Positions 9,426 to 20,054 of a stretch of DNA of 64,000 nt are shown one piece after another. The stretch lies in contig JAGAOD010000057.1 in NCBI GenBank assembly GCA_017623855.1, positions 922 through 64,921 of the forward strand. The letters are read 5' to 3'. The DNA comes from Clostridia bacterium. Its GTDB lineage: Bacteria > Bacillota > Clostridia > Oscillospirales > Acutalibacteraceae. Below the pieces are notes generated by a model, which worked only from the letters and a program-made list of their open reading frames with translations, did not search any database and was not told the origin of the DNA. The position numbers and the translations under genes were made by a program. Position 1 is the first letter of the stretch; each line of letters begins with the position of its first letter.

Positions 9426-10517
9426 ATGGCAAGAAAGACAGTAAAGAAAGTGGAGAATAACGACGGCAAGGAGCTCTTTGAGGCTCTGAAGCTGCTGGAA
9501 GCCGAAAAGGGCATCCCGGTCGAGTTCATGATCGACAAGATCAAGAAGGCGATCGTGACCGCGTGCAAGAACAGCTACGGCAACGAAGACGTAGTCATCG
9601 ACATGGACCCGGAAGAGGGCAAGTTCGATGTGTTCCTGCGCAAGGAGATCGTTGAAACCGCAGAGAATCCGAACCGCGAGGTCGCGCTCGAGACCGTTAA
9701 GCAGTATGATCCGCGTGCGGAGATCGGCGGCTTTGTGCGTCACAGACTCGACACCAAGCAGTTCGGCCGTGTTGCTGCGCAGACGGCAAGAAACATCATC
9801 CGCCAGGGCATTCGCGACAGCGAGCGCGGTCAGATGATGCAGGAATTCAAGAACCGCCATCAGGAGCTCGTCAGCGCTCTGGTCGAGCGTGTCGATCCGA
9901 AGACCGGCGCACTCTCCCTGAAGATCGGCAAGGCAGAAGCGGTTCTGCCGAAGAACGAGCAGGTCGGTACGGAAAACGTCAAGGAAGGCGATTACGTTCA
10001 GGTTTATGTTGTGGATGTTCGTGAGACCGAAAAGGGTCCGAAGGCGATCATCTCCCGCACACATCCGGACCTCATCCGCCGCCTGTTTGAAAAGGAAGTT
10101 CCCGAAATTTTCGACGGTACGGTCGAGATCAAGGCAGTTGCCCGTGAGGCAGGCTCCAGAACCAAGATCGCCGTCCTCAGTCATAACCCGGATGTAGACG
10201 CAGTCGGCGCCTGCATCGGTGCACGCGGTGCACGTGTTTCCGACATCGTAAACGAGCTCGGCGGCGAGAAGATGGACATCGTGGATTACAGTGAGGATCC
10301 GGCAAAGTTCATCGCTTCCGCTCTTGCACCGGCGACCGTGCTCTCCGTTGAGCCGGCAGCAGACGGTTCCCATGCATGCAAGGTCACGGTTCCGGACAGC
10401 CAGCTCTCCCTTGCGATCGGCAATAAGGGTCAGAACGCTCGTCTGGCTGCAAAGCTGACCGGCTGGAAGATCGACATCAAGCCGGAAAGCGGCTTCTACG
10501 GCGAAGACGAGGCCTGA
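9426..10517 (+). CDS. nusA: Transcription termination/antitermination factor NusA
   Basis: FGRVAAQTA, AREAGSRTKIAV, LSLAIGNKGQNARLAAKLTGWKIDI. Confidence 0.98.
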   Translation: MARKTVKKVENNDGKELFEALKLLEAEKGIPVEFMIDKIKKAIVTACKNSYGNEDVVIDMDPEEGKFDVFLRKEIVETAENPNREVALETVKQYDPRAEIGGFVRHRLDTKQFGRVAAQTARNIIRQGIRDSERGQMMQEFKNRHQELVSALVERVDPKTGALSLKIGKAEAVLPKNEQVGTENVKEGDYVQVYVVDVRETEKGPKAIISRTHPDLIRRLFEKEVPEIFDGTVEIKAVAREAGSRTKIAVLSHNPDVDAVGACIGARGARVSDIVNELGGEKMDIVDYSEDPAKFIASALAPATVLSVEPAADGSHACKVTVPDSQLSLAIGNKGQNARLAAKLTGWKIDIKPESGFYGEDEA

Positions 10518-10581
10518 TCCCTGTCCCGCACGGCGAAAACACGGAAGAGGAAAACTTTTGGCTTAAAGGTAAGGCGATTTT

Positions 10582-10902
10582 ATGATGAAACAAAAGAAAA
10601 TACCGCTTCGTATGTGTGCCGGCTGCGGTGAAATGAAGCCGAAGAAAGAACTGGTGCGCGTTGTCCGCGCGCCGGTCAAGGAAACAGACGGTGCACAGGT
10701 GGGCGGAGAGGTCTCTTTGGACCTCACGGGCAGAAAGCCCGGACGCGGCGCTTATGTGTGCCGGGACCCCGAGTGCCTGAAGAAGGCGCAGAAGGCGCGC
10801 AGGTTCGAGCGTGCGTTCTCCTGCCGCATAGAAGATGCGGTGTATGACGCGATGTACAACGAGCTTTGCGCCGACACGGAAGGGGGCGCGGTCAAGGAAT
10901 GA
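10582..10902 (+). CDS. ylxR: YlxR/RnpM family RNA-binding protein
   Basis: KKIPLRMCAGC, GRGAYVC; synteny. Confidence 0.92.
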   Translation: MMKQKKIPLRMCAGCGEMKPKKELVRVVRAPVKETDGAQVGGEVSLDLTGRKPGRGAYVCRDPECLKKAQKARRFERAFSCRIEDAVYDAMYNELCADTEGGAVKE

Positions 10903-11225
10903 ACAGGGCACTGTCCAACATGGGACTTGCAAGACGTGCCGGAAAGCTGAACTGGGGCTATGACACCGCAGTGGAAGCCATGAAAAACGGTGATGTCTGC
11001 CTGGCGTTGACCGCCGCGGACCTTTCGGAGAAAACGAAGAAAAATATACGGTTTGAGGCCGATCGGTACAGTGTGCCGTACCTTGATACCGCATTCAGTA
11101 TGGAAGAGATTTCCGCCGCCATCGGAAAAAAGACGGGTATCGTCGTGATCTGCGACGCGGGTTTTGCGAAGAAACTGAAGCAGGAGCTTGGGGCAGCCGG
11201 AGAAAGAGAGGAATTGCGTATATGA
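10899..11225 (+). CDS. ylxQ: L7Ae family RNA-binding protein YlxQ
   Basis: [21 protein letters not shown]; synteny. Confidence 0.88.
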   Translation: MNRALSNMGLARRAGKLNWGYDTAVEAMKNGDVCLALTAADLSEKTKKNIRFEADRYSVPYLDTAFSMEEISAAIGKKTGIVVICDAGFAKKLKQELGAAGEREELRI

Positions 11226-13636
11226 TGATCAAATACAGAGTCCATGAGGTCGCAAAGGATCTCGAAGTTGCGAATAAAGAGGTGCTGGATATCCTCGGCA
11301 AGTACGTTAAGGAGCCGAAGAAGCATATGACGGCACTGGAAGAAAACGAACTCGATATCGTTTTCGACAAGTTCACACAGGATCACGCCGTGGAGAACTT
11401 TGACGCTTATTTTGCCGCACGCGAAAAGGCAGCCGAGCCGGCAGCACAGCCGCAGCCGAAGGCTGAGAAGGCACAGCCGGAGAAGAAGCCGCAGCCGAAC
11501 AATAAGCCGGCTGAGGGCCAGAAGCGTCCGAATGACAGAAACAATAACAATAAGAATCAGCAGAATCAGAAGAACGACCGCAAGCCGGCCGTGCAGAATG
11601 CGCCGAAGAACACAGCGCCTGCACAGAACAACGCTCCGGCGGATGCTGCGATCGAAGATACCAAGACCCCGATCCGCCGCGTCGTCGACACAAGAACCGT
11701 CAATGTCAACATTGACAAGTACAACGAGAAGTACGACCGTCTGGCTTACGATAAGGTGAAGAACGACACCGTAGCCGCAAAGCAGAAGATCAACCAGAAG
11801 AGCCAGCGCCGCGGCAAGCAGAAGAGCGCAAAGCGTGAGACGGAGGCAGAGCGTCTGAACCGTATCGCCGCAGAGCGTAAGGCAAAGGCGATCACTATCA
11901 CGATCCCGGAAGAGATCACAGTCGGTGAATTTGCCCTGCGTCTGAAGGCAACAAGCGCCGAGGTCATCAAGAAGCTGATGATGAACGGCGTGTTCGCTAC
12001 GATCAACGACACGATCGACTTTGACACCGCGGAGCTCATTGCAGATGAATTCCACGCAAAGGTCGAAAAGGAAGTCGTTGTGACCATCGAAGAGCGTATT
12101 ATCGACGACAGCGAGGACGATGAGGCAAATCTCGTTCCGCGCGCTCCGGTCGTCGTTGTTATGGGTCACGTTGACCACGGTAAGACCTCCATTCTTGACG
12201 CGATCCGTCATGCAAATGTCACCGCAGGCGAGGCCGGCGGCATCACACAGCACATCGGTGCGTATCGCGTAAAGGTCGATGACCGCGACGTCACCTTCCT
12301 CGACACTCCGGGCCACGCAGCGTTCACCACCATGCGTGCAAGAGGCGCCATGGTTACGGATATCGCAGTTCTCGTCGTTGCGGCGGATGACGGCATCATG
12401 CCGCAGACGATCGAGGCGATCAACCACGCAAAGGCAGCCGGTGTTTCCATCATCGTTGCGATCAACAAGATGGATAAGCCGACCGCAAATCCGGATCAGG
12501 TCAAGCAGCAGCTCACCGAGTATGAGCTCGTTCCCGAAGAGTGGGGCGGCGACGTTCCCTGCATTCCGGTTTCCGCACACACCAAGATGGGTATCGACGA
12601 TCTCCTCGAGATGATCACCCTCGTCGCGGACATGAAGGAACTCAAGGCAAACCCGGACCGCGCCGCAAAGGGTACGGTCATCGAGGCTCGTCTCGACAAG
12701 GGCCGCGGCCCGGTCGCTACCGTGCTGGTACAGAACGGTACACTGCGTGTCGGTGACATCGTTGTTGCAGGTACTACGGTCGGCCGTGTACGTGCGATGA
12801 CAAACGAGCGCGGCGAGCGTGTTGCGGAAGCAGGCCCGTCCGTTCCGGTCGAGATCACCGGTCTGAACGAGGTTCCGGTCGGCGGCGACACACTGAACGC
12901 GGTTTCCGACGAGCGTCTGGCACGTGAGCTGGTCGAGCAGCGTGTCACCGAGCAGAAGGAAGAGCTGTTCAACTCCCAGACAAAGGTCACTCTTGATAAC
13001 CTCTTCGAGCAGATGAAGGTCGGCGAGATGAAGGAACTCAAGATCATTGTCAAGGCAGACGTTCAGGGCTCCGTTGAGGCTGTCCGTCAGTCCCTTGAAA
13101 AGCTCACAAACGAGGAAGTACGCGTACACGTTATCCACGGTGCGGTCGGTGCGGTCAGCGAAAGCGACGTTATGCTCGCAAACGCATCCAACGCGATCAT
13201 CGTCGGCTTTAACGTCCGTCCGGACCCGGTCGCAGAAGAAAACGCAAAGCGCGACGGCGTCGACATGCGTATGTACCGCATCATCTATGATTGCATCGAA
13301 GAGATCGAATCCGCTATGAAGGGTATGCTGGCTCCGAAGTACCGTGAGGTATTCCTCGGTAAGGCAGAGTGCCGCGAGGTCTATAAGATCACGAACGTCG
13401 GCATGGTCATCGGCGGCCACGTCACCTCCGGTAAGATCGTCCGCAACGCACAGGTTCGCCTTGTTCGTGACGGCATCATCGTCGCCGACGATAAGATCGC
13501 ATCCCTGCGCCGCTTCAAGGACGACGTCCGTGAGGTCGCAGACGGTTACGATTGCGGTATTACCCTCGAGCGCTTCAGCGATATCAAGCTCGGCGATATC
13601 CTCGAAGCCTACGAAATGGAAGAATACAGAGACTAA
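11222..13636 (+). CDS. infB: Translation initiation factor IF-2
   Basis: [33 protein letters not shown]. Confidence 0.99.
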   Translation: MMIKYRVHEVAKDLEVANKEVLDILGKYVKEPKKHMTALEENELDIVFDKFTQDHAVENFDAYFAAREKAAEPAAQPQPKAEKAQPEKKPQPNNKPAEGQKRPNDRNNNNKNQQNQKNDRKPAVQNAPKNTAPAQNNAPADAAIEDTKTPIRRVVDTRTVNVNIDKYNEKYDRLAYDKVKNDTVAAKQKINQKSQRRGKQKSAKRETEAERLNRIAAERKAKAITITIPEEITVGEFALRLKATSAEVIKKLMMNGVFATINDTIDFDTAELIADEFHAKVEKEVVVTIEERIIDDSEDDEANLVPRAPVVVVMGHVDHGKTSILDAIRHANVTAGEAGGITQHIGAYRVKVDDRDVTFLDTPGHAAFTTMRARGAMVTDIAVLVVAADDGIMPQTIEAINHAKAAGVSIIVAINKMDKPTANPDQVKQQLTEYELVPEEWGGDVPCIPVSAHTKMGIDDLLEMITLVADMKELKANPDRAAKGTVIEARLDKGRGPVATVLVQNGTLRVGDIVVAGTTVGRVRAMTNERGERVAEAGPSVPVEITGLNEVPVGGDTLNAVSDERLARELVEQRVTEQKEELFNSQTKVTLDNLFEQMKVGEMKELKIIVKADVQGSVEAVRQSLEKLTNEEVRVHVIHGAVGAVSESDVMLANASNAIIVGFNVRPDPVAEENAKRDGVDMRMYRIIYDCIEEIESAMKGMLAPKYREVFLGKAECREVYKITNVGMVIGGHVTSGKIVRNAQVRLVRDGIIVADDKIASLRRFKDDVREVADGYDCGITLERFSDIKLGDILEAYEMEEYRD

Positions 13637-13700
13637 AACACGGCATGACCGCGTCCCGTCCGCGGGCGCGGTCATTTTGTCGTGACCGGAAAGGCGTTTC

Positions 13701-13907
13701 ATGTTATATACCGAAAACCGGGAAACAGAGGTGCGTTTGCTGAAAAAGCTGTGGCAGGCAGAGCCCGTCCTGTGCCCGAAATGTGGGGCGGCGGAGCTTA
13801 CGCATCTGCACAAAAAAGCAAAGAAGAGCAATAACGATTGGAAATGTCCGGCCTGCGGAGAGATCTACAGAACGATCAACATGCTGATGGCATTACCGGA
13901 CGATTGA
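13701..13907 (+). CDS. Small Zn-ribbon protein (CPKC...CPAC)
   Basis: Two CxxC pairs, basic linker HKKAKKS, SD GAAAGG. Confidence 0.7.
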   Translation: MLYTENRETEVRLLKKLWQAEPVLCPKCGAAELTHLHKKAKKSNNDWKCPACGEIYRTINMLMALPDD

Positions 13908-13933
13908 AATGAAGAATAAAAGGAGGGACAACT

Positions 13934-14281
13934 ATGCCAAGTCATAAGTTGGGAAGAACAACAGAGGACATTCGCCGCGAGATCTCGGCCGTCCTCCGCG
14001 AGCTCAAGGATCCGCGTGTAAACGGATGCTTTTTGAGCGTTGTGCGTGTGGAGGTCACGAACGACCTTTCCTACTGCACAGTATATGTCAGCGCGATGGA
14101 GGGTATGGACGCAGCAAATAATGCCGTCAAGGGCTTAAAGAGTGCTGCCGGCTTTATCCGCCGTGAGATCGGCGCACGCCTGAAGCTCCGCCATGTACCG
14201 GAGATGATCTTCAAGGCGACCGATTCCATTGAGTACAGCGCAAACATTTCCCGCATTTTGAACGATTTAGACAAGAAGTAA
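13934..14281 (+). CDS. rbfA: Ribosome-binding factor A
   Basis: LKDPRV, VTNDLS, GFIRREIG.RLKLRHVPE..F. Confidence 0.96.
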   Translation: MPSHKLGRTTEDIRREISAVLRELKDPRVNGCFLSVVRVEVTNDLSYCTVYVSAMEGMDAANNAVKGLKSAAGFIRREIGARLKLRHVPEMIFKATDSIEYSANISRILNDLDKK

Positions 14282-14293
14282 GAGGGGATCCTT

Positions 14294-15241
14294 ATGGCTG
14301 ATCTGCAGCGTGCCGCGGAGCTTCTGCTCGGCTGGGACAACATTTTAATACTGAGCCACCGCTCTCCCGACGGCGACACCCTGGGCTCGGCTTCGGCACT
14401 GAGCCGTGCGCTGATCGCTTTGGGCAAGTCCGTACAGTTCCGCTGTGCGGACGAGATCCCGGAAAAATTTGCGTATATGTTCAGCGGCGTCCGGTTCGGC
14501 GATTTCGAGCCGGAAAAGATCGTGTCCGTGGATGTTGCGGACAAGGCGCTGCTCGGGACACTGGAGCCGCTCGGAGAAAAGGTGGATCTTGCCATAGACC
14601 ACCACGCGACGCACCGCTTTTTCGCAAAGGAGACGTGGGTCGACGGCAAGGCTGCGGCGGCGTGTCAGCTCATTGCTAAGCTGATCCCGGCGCTCGGCGC
14701 GGAGATCACGCCCGAGATCGCGGATTGCCTTTATACGGGCATTTCGACGGATACAGGCTGCTTTAAGTACCCGAACGCCACGCCGGAGACATACCGCATC
14801 GCCGCGGATCTCATTGAATGCGGGGCACATGCGGCGGATATCAACCGCGTTATGTTCGACACAAAAAGCCGCGCGGCCATCGAGCTTTTGAAGCGCGTTT
14901 ACAGTGACATGGAGTTTTACTGTGACGGCCGCTGTGCCGTGCTCTGCCTGACGAAGGCGATGATCGCGGAGACGGGTGCGAAGGAAGGCGACCTCGACGG
15001 CGTAGCTGCTATCGTGCGGCAGGTCGAGGGCGTGCAGTTCGGCATTACGATCCGCGAGCGCGGGGAGAACGAATACAAGGTCTCTCTGCGTGCGACGGAG
15101 CCGGCGGACGCCGCGGCGGTCTGCGCGCAGTTTGGCGGCGGCGGACACAAGGGTGCTGCGGGCTGCACGTTCTTTACCACACTTGAAGAAGCAAAGACCC
15201 GCATCATTGCGGCATGCGGCGATGCACTGCATTTGCAATAA
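14294..15241 (+). CDS. DHH family phosphoesterase (NrnA-like)
   Basis: HRSPDGD, IDHH, TDTGCF, GGGGH..AAG. Confidence 0.92.
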   Translation: MADLQRAAELLLGWDNILILSHRSPDGDTLGSASALSRALIALGKSVQFRCADEIPEKFAYMFSGVRFGDFEPEKIVSVDVADKALLGTLEPLGEKVDLAIDHHATHRFFAKETWVDGKAAAACQLIAKLIPALGAEITPEIADCLYTGISTDTGCFKYPNATPETYRIAADLIECGAHAADINRVMFDTKSRAAIELLKRVYSDMEFYCDGRCAVLCLTKAMIAETGAKEGDLDGVAAIVRQVEGVQFGITIRERGENEYKVSLRATEPADAAAVCAQFGGGGHKGAAGCTFFTTLEEAKTRIIAACGDALHLQ

Positions 15242-15271
15242 ACTGACAGAGACTTAAAGGAGATCGGTTCC

Positions 15272-16165
15272 ATGGACGGGATCATTGTTTTGGATAAGCC
15301 GCAGGATTTTACGTCCTTCGATGCGGTCGCGGTCGTGCGCGGCGCGGCACATGAAAAGCACGTCGGGCACACCGGTACGCTCGACCCGATGGCGACGGGC
15401 GTTCTGCCCCTGCTGCTCGGGAAGGCGACTAAAGCGGCGTCGCTTTTGCCGGACACGGACAAGTCTTATGAGGCGTCCTTTCGATTCGGAGAGGCACGCG
15501 ATACCGGCGACATCACCGGTGAGGTGATCCGCACGGACGATGCGGCTGTAACGAAGGCTGCGCTGATGGATGTTTTGCCGCGGTTTACGGGGGACATCAT
15601 GCAGGTGCCGCCCATGTATTCGGCGGTCTCCGTAAACGGACAGCGGCTGTATAAGCTTGCACGGCAGGGGATCGAGATCGAACGCGAGGCAAGACCGATC
15701 CATATTGAGAGCATTGAGCTTTTGGAATATGACGAAGCGTCACGCTGCGGAAAGATCGCCGTGACGTGCTCCAAGGGAACGTATATCCGCACTTTGATCG
15801 AAGACATCGCAGCGGCGCTCGGCAGCTGCGGCGTGATGACCGCACTGCGCCGGACGGCGGCATGCGGCTTTACCCTCGCGGATGCCGTGTCCCTCGAAGA
15901 GCTTCGCGCACATAAGGATACGGGGGATGCGGACATTTTCCTGCGTCCCGTCGAGAAGCTTTTTTCCACTTTGCCCGCCGTCCGTGTAACGGACGCGCAG
16001 GGGCAGCGGTACTTAAACGGCGGCGCGCTGGATGCCGCAAGATGCCGTATGCCGAAGATCGTCCTTCGGGAAGAGGAACACGTCTGCATTTATTGCGGCG
16101 AGCGCTTTTTGGGGCTTGCGGCGCTTAAAAACGGCGAGCTTCGCTATGTGAAATCTTTTGTTTGA
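15272..16165 (+). CDS. truB: tRNA pseudouridine(55) synthase
   Basis: GHTGTLDPMATGVL, QVPPMYSAV, CSKGTYIRTL. Confidence 0.97.
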   Translation: MDGIIVLDKPQDFTSFDAVAVVRGAAHEKHVGHTGTLDPMATGVLPLLLGKATKAASLLPDTDKSYEASFRFGEARDTGDITGEVIRTDDAAVTKAALMDVLPRFTGDIMQVPPMYSAVSVNGQRLYKLARQGIEIEREARPIHIESIELLEYDEASRCGKIAVTCSKGTYIRTLIEDIAAALGSCGVMTALRRTAACGFTLADAVSLEELRAHKDTGDADIFLRPVEKLFSTLPAVRVTDAQGQRYLNGGALDAARCRMPKIVLREEEHVCIYCGERFLGLAALKNGELRYVKSFV

Positions 16166-16201
16166 GGTCCGGTTTCGAACGGACAGGGGAAGGAATACCT
16201 T

Positions 16202-17134
16202 ATGGATGTGATCCGCAATACGGATGAGATCAAAAGTTATATGTACGGCAGAAAAACGGCGGTCGCACTCGGTGCGTTCGACGGTCTGCACATTGGGCAC
16301 CGTGCGGTGATCGAAAAGGTGCTGCGGCAGGATCTCGTGCCGGTCGTATTCACCTTTCGGGATAATCCCGCCGAGACGCTGGCGGGTGCCTGCCGGTACC
16401 TGTCGACCGTGGAGGAGCGCCTGCGCGTTTTGGAGAGCTGGGGCGTAAAAGCCGTGATCATGCCGGATTTTTCCGACATCGTCGGCTGGAGTGCGGAGCG
16501 CTTCCTTTATATGCTTCGAAGTGAGCTGTGTGCGCAGGTCGTTTCCTGCGGCGAGGATTTCAGCTTCGGGAAAAAGGCAGCCGGAAACACGGCACTGCTT
16601 TCGGCGTTCTGCAATGAGAACGGGATGGAGCTTCAGATCACACCGGCGGTTCTGTACCGCGGGGAAAGAGTCAGCTCCACGCGCATCCGGGACGCGATCG
16701 AAGAAGGGAAGATCGCGGAGGTCACGGAGATGCTCGGCAGACCGTTCAGCTTCGAGTTCGAGGTCGTGCACGGCAATCACCTCGGCCGGACGATCGGCAT
16801 TCCGACGATCAATCAGCCCTTTCCGGACGGGTTCATCCTGCCGCGTTTTGGCGTGTATGCATCCGCGGTGCATGTCGACGGGAATATCTATTGCGGTGTT
16901 ACGAATATCGGCGTGAAGCCGACTGTGGGCTCGGAAAGAGCGCTTTCCGAAACCTGGCTGCCGGATTTTTCCGGGGATCTGTACGGAAAAACGCTGCGTC
17001 TCGAGCTCCTCGGCTTCATTCGCGACGAGAGAAAGTTCCCGAGTCTTGAAGTGCTGCGCGGTGTGATCGAAGAAAATGCCGTAACGGCCCGTGAAATTTA
17101 CGGGCAGTACGTCAACGAAAGCGGCGCATATTGA
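16202..17134 (+). CDS. ribF: Bifunctional riboflavin kinase/FAD synthetase
   Basis: GAFDGLHIGH, VSSTRIR, GRTIGIPTIN, NIGVKPTV. Confidence 0.96.
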   Translation: MDVIRNTDEIKSYMYGRKTAVALGAFDGLHIGHRAVIEKVLRQDLVPVVFTFRDNPAETLAGACRYLSTVEERLRVLESWGVKAVIMPDFSDIVGWSAERFLYMLRSELCAQVVSCGEDFSFGKKAAGNTALLSAFCNENGMELQITPAVLYRGERVSSTRIRDAIEEGKIAEVTEMLGRPFSFEFEVVHGNHLGRTIGIPTINQPFPDGFILPRFGVYASAVHVDGNIYCGVTNIGVKPTVGSERALSETWLPDFSGDLYGKTLRLELLGFIRDERKFPSLEVLRGVIEENAVTAREIYGQYVNESGAY

Positions 17135-17207
17135 AAACGACAAAAACAGGCGTTAAAGGGCGAGAAAAATCCGGCGTATTTCACGCGGAAAAATTGCCGA
17201 AATCCGC

Positions 17208-17236
17208 TTGCAATGCCGAATTCTTTGTGCTATACT
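17208..17236 (+). promoter_or_regulatory. SigA promoter of rpsO; the ~105-nt leader is a probable S15 autoregulatory RNA
   Basis: TTGCAA-N17-TATACT; leader contains TATGGG/CCCATA pairing. Confidence 0.6.
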
Positions 17237-17349
17237 ATCGTAGGCCCGTCCACGGATATGGGACTAAACCCTATGGGAAGCAATTCCGCAGGGACAACAC
17301 CGACCCATACCTGTGAGCGAGGAAATATTTAGTAAAGGTGGAAACCAAA

Positions 17350-17613
17350 ATGCTGAAGAGCGAAAAGACAGAAATCATCAAGAAGTACGCACGTCACGAA
17401 GGCGACACAGGTTCTCCGGAAGTTCAGATCGCAGTTCTCACTAAGAGAATCAACGACCTCACCGAGCACCTCCGTACCAACAAGAAGGATCACCACTCCC
17501 GTCGCGGTCTGCTGAAGATGGTTGGCCAGAGAAGAAGCCTGCTCAACTACCTCACCAAGATCGACATTGAGCGCTACAGAGCAATCATCGCAGAGCTCGG
17601 TATCCGTAAGTAA
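17350..17613 (+). CDS. rpsO: 30S ribosomal protein S15
   Basis: [27 protein letters not shown]. Confidence 0.99.
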   Translation: MLKSEKTEIIKKYARHEGDTGSPEVQIAVLTKRINDLTEHLRTNKKDHHSRRGLLKMVGQRRSLLNYLTKIDIERYRAIIAELGIRK

Positions 17614-17625
17614 TTTCGTCTGTAT

Positions 17626-17652
17626 TCGGCTGCGCGATCCCCGCGCAGCCGA
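17626..17652 (+). terminator. Hairpin after rpsO (weak U tract)
   Basis: TCGGCTGCGCG-ATCCC-CGCGCAGCCGA. Confidence 0.55.
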
Positions 17653-17691
17653 TTATACTATTCGCGATCCAAACCACAAACCCAAAAAATT

Positions 17692-17770
17692 GCAGCCTAA
17701 AACTGTTTAGCAGTGAAACGAACGCACACGTGCTGCGCGCTGGTTTTATTGTTAAACGGTTGGAGACTGT
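17692..17770 (+). promoter_or_regulatory. Long duplex in pnp 5' leader (candidate RNase III site)
   Basis: 17701-17719 pairs with 17743-17761 over 19 contiguous bp including 4 G-U pairs. Confidence 0.6.
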
Positions 17771-17808
17771 GTATTCCCGGAAAGGTTCCGGGGGAAAGGA
17801 AAAGCAAA

Positions 17809-19995
17809 ATGTTCGAGAATTTCAGAGTATTTGAAACCGAATTTGCCGGCCGTCCGCTGAAGGTCGAGACCGGTAAGATGGCACAGCTTGCAAACGGCGA
17901 GTGCCTCGTTCGCTACGGCGAAACCACCATTCATGTTGCTGCTACCGCTGCTGCAAAGCCGCGTGACGGCATCGATTTCTTCCCGCTGTCCGTTGACTTC
18001 GAGGAGAAGCTCTACTCCGTAGGTAAGATCCCGGGCTCCTTCTTAAAGCGTGAAGGCCGCCCGACCGATAAGGCTATCCTTGTCTGCCGTATGATCGACC
18101 GCCCGATCCGCCCGCTGTTCCCGAAGGACATGCGCAACGACGTTTCCATCGTCTGCACCGTTATGTCCGTTGATCCGGACTGCTCTCCGGAGATCGCCGC
18201 GCTCGTCGGCACCAGCGTCGCGCTGTCCATTTCCGACATTCCGTGGAACGGACCGATCAGCGGTGTTTCCGTCGGCCTCGTTGAGGGCAAGTTTGTCATC
18301 AACCCGACTGCTGAGCAGCGCAAGGTTTCCGAAATGGCTGTTACCGTTGCTTCCACAAGCGAGCGTATCGCTATGATCGAAGCAGGTGCTAACGAGGTTT
18401 CCGACGAGGATATGTTCGACGGCATCATGGCAGGTCATGCTGAAAACCAGAAGATCATCGAGTTCATCAAGGGCATCCAGGCTGAGATCGGCAAGGCAAA
18501 GTTCTCCTACCCGTCCAACGAGCCGGATGAGGAGATGTTCGAGGCGATCAAGAATTTTGCGATCGAAGACGTTAAGGCTGCTCTCGACACCGACGACAAG
18601 ACCGTCCGTGACGAGCGTCTCAAGCCCGTATACGAGAAGGTACACGAGCACTTTGCAGAGATCTATCCGGATCAGGCTGCAAAGATCGACGAGTGCCTCT
18701 ACAAGACCCAGAAGTTTGTTGTCCGCCGCTGGCTCCTCGACGAGCAGAAGCGTGTTGACGGCAGAGGCATGGACGAGATTCGTCCGCTCGCAGCTGAAGT
18801 TGATCTGCTGCCGCGCGTACACGGCTCCGGTATGTTCACAAGAGGTCAGACACAGGTTCTGACTGTTGCTACACTGGGCTCCACACGTGACAACCAGCTC
18901 CTCGACGGCATTGACGACGAGGATTCCAAGCGTTATATCCACCACTACAACTTCCCGTCCTACTCCGTAGGCGAGACAAAGCCGTCCAGAGGCCCGGGCA
19001 GACGTGAAGTCGGTCACGGCGCTCTCGCAGAGCGTGCTCTCGTTCCGGTCATCCCGCCGGTCGAGGAGTTCCCGTACACCATCCGTCTTGTTTCCGAGGT
19101 TCTGTCCTCCAACGGCTCCACCTCTCAGGGCTCCATCTGCGGCTCCACACTGGCTCTGATGGCAGCGGGTGTTCCGATCAAGGCTCCGGTTGCAGGTATC
19201 TCCTGCGGTCTGATCACCGAGGGCGAGCGCTGGATGACCATGGTCGACATTCAGGGTCTCGAGGACTTCTTCGGCGACATGGACTTCAAGGTTGCAGGTA
19301 CAAAGAAGGGTATCACAGCAATTCAGATGGACCTCAAGATCACCGGTCTTACTCCGGACATGATCAAGGAGGCATTTGCTAAGACACACAAGGCAAGAAA
19401 CTACATCCTCGACGAAGTCATGCTGCCGGTCATCTCCGAGCCGCGTGCTGAGCTCTCCAAGTATGCTCCGAAGATGCTCTCCACCATCGTTCCGGTCGAC
19501 AAGATCCGTGAGGTCATCGGCTCCGGCGGTAAGGTCATCCAGAAGATCTGCGCAGAGTGCGAAGTCACCATCGACATCGAGGACGACGGACATTGCCATG
19601 TAGCCGGCGTTGACATTGAAAAGTGCCGCCGCGCTATGGATATCATCGACACCATCGTTAACGATCCGGAGCCGGGCTCTTACTACAGCGGTAAGGTCAC
19701 CCGCATCATGGACTTCGGTGCATTCGTTGAGATCGCTCCGGGCAAGGAAGGTCTTGTTCATGTTTCCCACCTCGACATCCGCCGCACAGAGAACGTCACA
19801 GACGTTGTCAACATCGGCGATATCATCAAGGTCAAGGTTCTGGAGATCGACGACAAGGGCCGTCTGAACCTCTCCCGCCGCGACGCTCTCATCGACCTCG
19901 ACGGTGCAGTTCCGGAGAACACCCTCTCCGACAAGCCGCGCCGTGAGCGCAGCGACCGTCCGAGAAACGATCGCCCGAGACGCGACAGAAGATAA
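17809..19995 (+). CDS. pnp: Polyribonucleotide nucleotidyltransferase (PNPase)
   Basis: DFFPLSVDFEEK, FTRGQTQ, SNGSTS, GDMDFKVAGT, KH and S1 domains. Confidence 0.99.
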   Translation: MFENFRVFETEFAGRPLKVETGKMAQLANGECLVRYGETTIHVAATAAAKPRDGIDFFPLSVDFEEKLYSVGKIPGSFLKREGRPTDKAILVCRMIDRPIRPLFPKDMRNDVSIVCTVMSVDPDCSPEIAALVGTSVALSISDIPWNGPISGVSVGLVEGKFVINPTAEQRKVSEMAVTVASTSERIAMIEAGANEVSDEDMFDGIMAGHAENQKIIEFIKGIQAEIGKAKFSYPSNEPDEEMFEAIKNFAIEDVKAALDTDDKTVRDERLKPVYEKVHEHFAEIYPDQAAKIDECLYKTQKFVVRRWLLDEQKRVDGRGMDEIRPLAAEVDLLPRVHGSGMFTRGQTQVLTVATLGSTRDNQLLDGIDDEDSKRYIHHYNFPSYSVGETKPSRGPGRREVGHGALAERALVPVIPPVEEFPYTIRLVSEVLSSNGSTSQGSICGSTLALMAAGVPIKAPVAGISCGLITEGERWMTMVDIQGLEDFFGDMDFKVAGTKKGITAIQMDLKITGLTPDMIKEAFAKTHKARNYILDEVMLPVISEPRAELSKYAPKMLSTIVPVDKIREVIGSGGKVIQKICAECEVTIDIEDDGHCHVAGVDIEKCRRAMDIIDTIVNDPEPGSYYSGKVTRIMDFGAFVEIAPGKEGLVHVSHLDIRRTENVTDVVNIGDIIKVKVLEIDDKGRLNLSRRDALIDLDGAVPENTLSDKPRRERSDRPRNDRPRRDRR

Positions 19996-20014
19996 TCGTC
20001 TTTCATAAATAAGC

Positions 20015-20050
20015 AACGCCTGTTCACAAGTGTGTGAACAGGCGTTTTTG
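20015..20050 (+). terminator. Intrinsic terminator after pnp
   Basis: AACGCCTGTTCACA-AGTG-TGTGAACAGGCGTT-TTT. Confidence 0.85.
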
Positions 20051-20054
20051 CGTT

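Noticed and set aside
11430-11660. Low-complexity CAGCCG/AAC repeats
   Set aside because: They encode the normal Pro/Gln/Asn-rich linker of IF-2.
10958-13831. 957-aa minus-strand ORF, plus similar long antisense ORFs at 4635-7187, 7000-8694, 18043-20016, 23988-25943, 33002-34684, 39426-40976 and 57865-59391
   Set aside because: Shadow ORFs opposite strongly codon-biased real genes (infB, ABC operon, pnp, pgm, MATE, lepA, mutS2-like); no motifs or SD.
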